From assembly GCA_905181645.1 (NCBI GenBank), contig CAJIYN010000002.1:261785-325784 (forward strand): a stretch of 64,000 nucleotides of DNA. Reading direction: 5' to 3'. Numbering within the stretch: position 1 is the first letter of the stretch; each line of letters begins with the position of its first letter. Below the pieces are notes generated by a model. The model saw nothing but the letters and a program-made list of their open reading frames with translations, ran no database searches and was not told the DNA's origin. Both the position numbers and the translations under genes were made by a program. Below are positions 61,261 through 64,000 of the stretch, one piece after another. This stretch comes from an uncultured SAR86 cluster bacterium. Lineage in GTDB: Bacteria > Pseudomonadota > Gammaproteobacteria > Magnimaribacterales > D2472.

Positions 61261-61700
61261 TATTTGCACCATGTTCAAAGACTTCTACAGAGAGTAATTT
61301 AACTCTTCCATTGGTTTGTTCATTTATATATTGGTTTGAAAAGTTATAGGTCATTTCAGCAAATTTTTCACACCCTACTGCATCTAGCTCAATGATATTT
61401 GCAACTCCTTTATTACCAAGTTTTCCACCAGATCTATTTAGCGATCTTCTCTGTCAATAATTGTTTTATGATCAAAGTGATCTTCAATCCAGTTCTTAAT
61501 ATTTATAAAGCCACCAAAATCATAAACCCAAGACTTATCATCAAGGTCTCTCCTTCAAACCACAGTTTAAAAGATACTCCATAACCATGTACGAATCGAC
61601 AGTGAGTTGTTTCTGCTTTCCATTGTCTAAAGACAACTGAAAAACCATCGTATACTTTTGATGACTATTTGTACCATGTTCAAAATTTTCAATAGTCTCT
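61238..61700 (-). CDS. 6-pyruvoyl-tetrahydropterin synthase/QueD-family protein (frameshifted; start unresolved)
   Basis: ..[20 protein letters not shown].., ..[26 protein letters not shown].., ..[22 protein letters not shown]-fold PTPS pattern (C..HG., W..DFG, DH..L/I). Confidence 0.6.
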
Positions 61701-61719
61701 AAATTTATTATATCAAGTT

Positions 61720-62327
61720 CTCTCAGTTGATTGAGCAATGGTAATTGCAGGAGGCATCCCTCTAGCTGGATCTGCAAGAGCCTTGCTACTGATTTAAATC
61801 AATTACAACCATTTAGAGAGTTCACAATTTGTATGCGCCAGCAGCTCCAATTGGATTCTTCTGCTCTGAACATAATTGATTATCTCTTGATCTGAAAGTT
61901 CATGCATTGTCATAATTGCATATTCTGAATACTTCCATATAGGTATATTATTTTGATATATACAAATACCACTGTATTGAAAATGTGAAGTACCAGAAAG
62001 TTTCTTTAAATTATTAATTGCATTTTGATGTGTTCCTGGCTTATCAAATATAGTTTCTCAAACACACATCTGATCTCCACCAATAACAAATGCTTCGGGA
62101 AACTGGGAGCTGACTACAGATGCTTTTGCTGCAGCTAATGCAATAACTTGTTCATTAAAGGGCAATGCGCATATTTTTTCTTTTAAGATTGCTTCATCAA
62201 CATCAGAAGTAACTACTTTAAAGTTAATGCCTGCATCTTTAAGCATAACTTGCCTGCTGGCTGAGCCAGAAGCAAGAATGAGAGGCTTTTTAGTTTGAAT
62301 AAATAAAGAAGCAGACCTGCTGGTCAT
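61720..62327 (-). CDS. maf: Maf-like nucleoside triphosphate pyrophosphatase (in-frame TGA plus frameshifts; 3' end approximate)
   Basis: LILASGSASRQVML.., IGGDQMCV-TGA-ETIFDKPG, LSGTSHFQYSG, ..GAAGAYK.., ..GMP..LPLLNQLREL. Confidence 0.75.
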
Positions 62328-62918
62328 TAACTTGAAGCATTACCAGAAGCTATTAAGTTCATAAACTCAGCTCTTGTTTTAGGATCTGCTTTAAAGAGCC
62401 CTAACATTCTACTGGTTACTGTGCTTGCTTCTGTTTTATGAATACCTCTTGTTGACATACATTCGTGTGCAGCATCAATTACCACCGCAACTCCTCTTGG
62501 CTGAAGAACTCTTTCAATGGTATCTGCAATTTGAGCAGTCATTGTTTCTTGTGTTTGAAGACGTTTTCCAAATATATCAACAACTCTGGCTAATTTACTT
62601 ATACCAACAACTCTTTTATTTGGTATATAACCCACATGAGCTACTCCAACTATTGGAACCATGTGATGTTCACAATGAGACTCAACTCGAATATTTCTAA
62701 CTATAAGTATCATCATAACCCTCAACCTCTTCAAAAGTTTTAGCTAATACGGCTTCTGGATCAATATTGTAGCCTTCAAAAAACTCATTATAAGATCTTA
62801 CAACCCTATCTGGAGTTTCGAGTAATCCTTCGCGAGTTGGATCATCTCCTGCCCATGAAATTAAAGTTTTAACTGCTTCCATTGCTTCTTCTTTAGTAGG
62901 CCTGATCATATCTGACAT
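62327..62918 (-). CDS. folE: GTP cyclohydrolase I (one frameshift near 62700-62735)
   Basis: [57 protein letters not shown]. Confidence 0.9.
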
Positions 62919-63012
62919 ATTTTTTCCTAAATGTGTAATCGGTTTGATGCCATTTTATCTGATATGAAATTAAATAAAAGTCTAAATTACATACCTTTAC
63001 TAATAATTTATA

Positions 63013-63974
63013 TTAAATAAGGTTTTTAATAGGTTTTTCATTAATAATATTTAATAGATTTTCACAAAATAATGCATTCATCCTAATAATTGCATGTAAT
63101 GAATGCGCTGAATCGTGAGGTGAAATATAACAATTATTAGCATTCCATAAACCTGATTGACTGGGTAATGGCTCTATTTTGGTTGTGTCAAGAGCGGCGC
63201 AGGCTATTTGGCCTGAATTTAGCGCTTTTATTAGATCGTCCTCATTTACTGCATTTCCTCTGCCTACATTAATAAACATAGCTGTATCTTTCATTAAAGA
63301 TAAAGTTTCTTTATTTATAATATTGTCATTTTCTTGAGAAGATGGAAGACAGGCAATAACAAAGTCTGCATGCGGTAAAAGCTCTAATGTTTTATCTGGG
63401 TGCTGAACTGAGTCGGCAAAAGCACATTCAAAACTAGAGCGCTTAGTTGCAGTTACATTCATGCCAAAGCTTTTAGCTAATCTTCCAACTTCTTGACCTA
63501 TGCCACCATAACCAAGAATTAATATGCTTTTGAAGGTAAGTTCACCATCTCCACCCCAAGCCTCCCAATTGGTATTTTTTTGCAGTTCAATATGTTTATC
63601 AATTCGTTTTGTCCACCTGAGCATTTGGGCAAGAACATAATTAGCAATAGGTATTGCATGTATACCACTTGCGTTAGCTACTTGTGCTTCTGTTTTAAGG
63701 ATAGTCTGTATTAAAGGGCTGTCTGTTCCAGCATAGCCAGTTTGAATAAAATCCATTTGTTTACATAAATCAATAAGGGGCTCGGTCAATTCAGGATTAA
63801 GATCGACGGCAAACATGAATTCATATGTAAGATAGAAAACATCACATTTGTCTGCGTCTCTCCATGCAGGACTTTCACAATTATTAGGATCAATTGCAAT
63901 TAACTCTATAGATGAGTCAATTTGTTTTATTTGATCACCAAAGAATTGCTTAGTGTTGTGACTAAAACTTTCAT
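63013..63974 (-). CDS. D-isomer-specific 2-hydroxyacid dehydrogenase family protein (frameshift near 63820-63950)
   Basis: NAD motif ILGYGGIGQEVGRLAKSFGM, FINVGRGNAVNEDDL, ISPHDSAHS. The likely start MKVLVTT at 63974 is in another frame. Confidence 0.8.
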
Positions 63975-64000
63975 AATTAATCTGTATCGATGTTCATGCT

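Noticed and set aside
62058-62060. TGA recoding (selenocysteine, or code 4 Trp) in maf
   Set aside because: I noticed only this single in-frame TGA in a conserved gene. The aligned residue in homologs is Leu-like, one substitution from TTA. Nothing else in the window suggests a non-standard code.

Overview
This is a visibly AT-rich chromosomal segment that reads like a free-living marine gammaproteobacterium. All gene calls come from motif recognition by eye; no searches were run.

Content: about 57 protein genes and 2 tRNAs (Val-GAC, Leu-UAG). Most of it is housekeeping.
- smc-zipA-ligA
- a complete ccmABCDEFGHI cytochrome c maturation operon
- aceE-aceF, thrS, cysS, metY, mnmC, sbcB
- folE-maf plus a PTPS-like gene
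- three or four acyl-CoA dehydrogenases
- two TonB-dependent receptors
- several lipoproteins and hydrolases
- a partial pseudoazurin gene at the left edge

I see no CRISPR array, transposase, integrase, phage gene, or recognisable defence or toxin system.

The accessory-looking part is an 8-kb block next to tRNA-Leu (10.5-18.5 kb). It holds two giant surface proteins built from about 100-aa cadherin-like repeats. One is a poly-Gly lipoprotein with an embedded cupredoxin-like (type-1 copper) module. The other ends in a PPC domain and a subtilisin (S8) protease.

Main caveat: about half of all genes, including essential single-copy ones, are broken by 1-nt frameshifts. This looks like homopolymer sequencing error rather than biology.

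Three genes also carry patches of roughly 170-190 nt from unrelated housekeeping genes:
- an lpd fragment inside an alkyl-sulfatase gene
- an inverted methyltransferase fragment inside a PreP-like protease gene
- a UvrA N-terminus fused to ccmA

These patches are most likely chimeric assembly.

Other points worth a second look: an SMC with no recognisable hinge domain and internally duplicated coiled-coil modules; a 42-aa insertion in the LigA zinc finger; and a 21-bp direct repeat bracketing the PTPS-like gene exactly 135 codons apart.

I did not find a convincing multi-gene novel system. The cupredoxin-bearing adhesin/protease pair is the best candidate for something undescribed.
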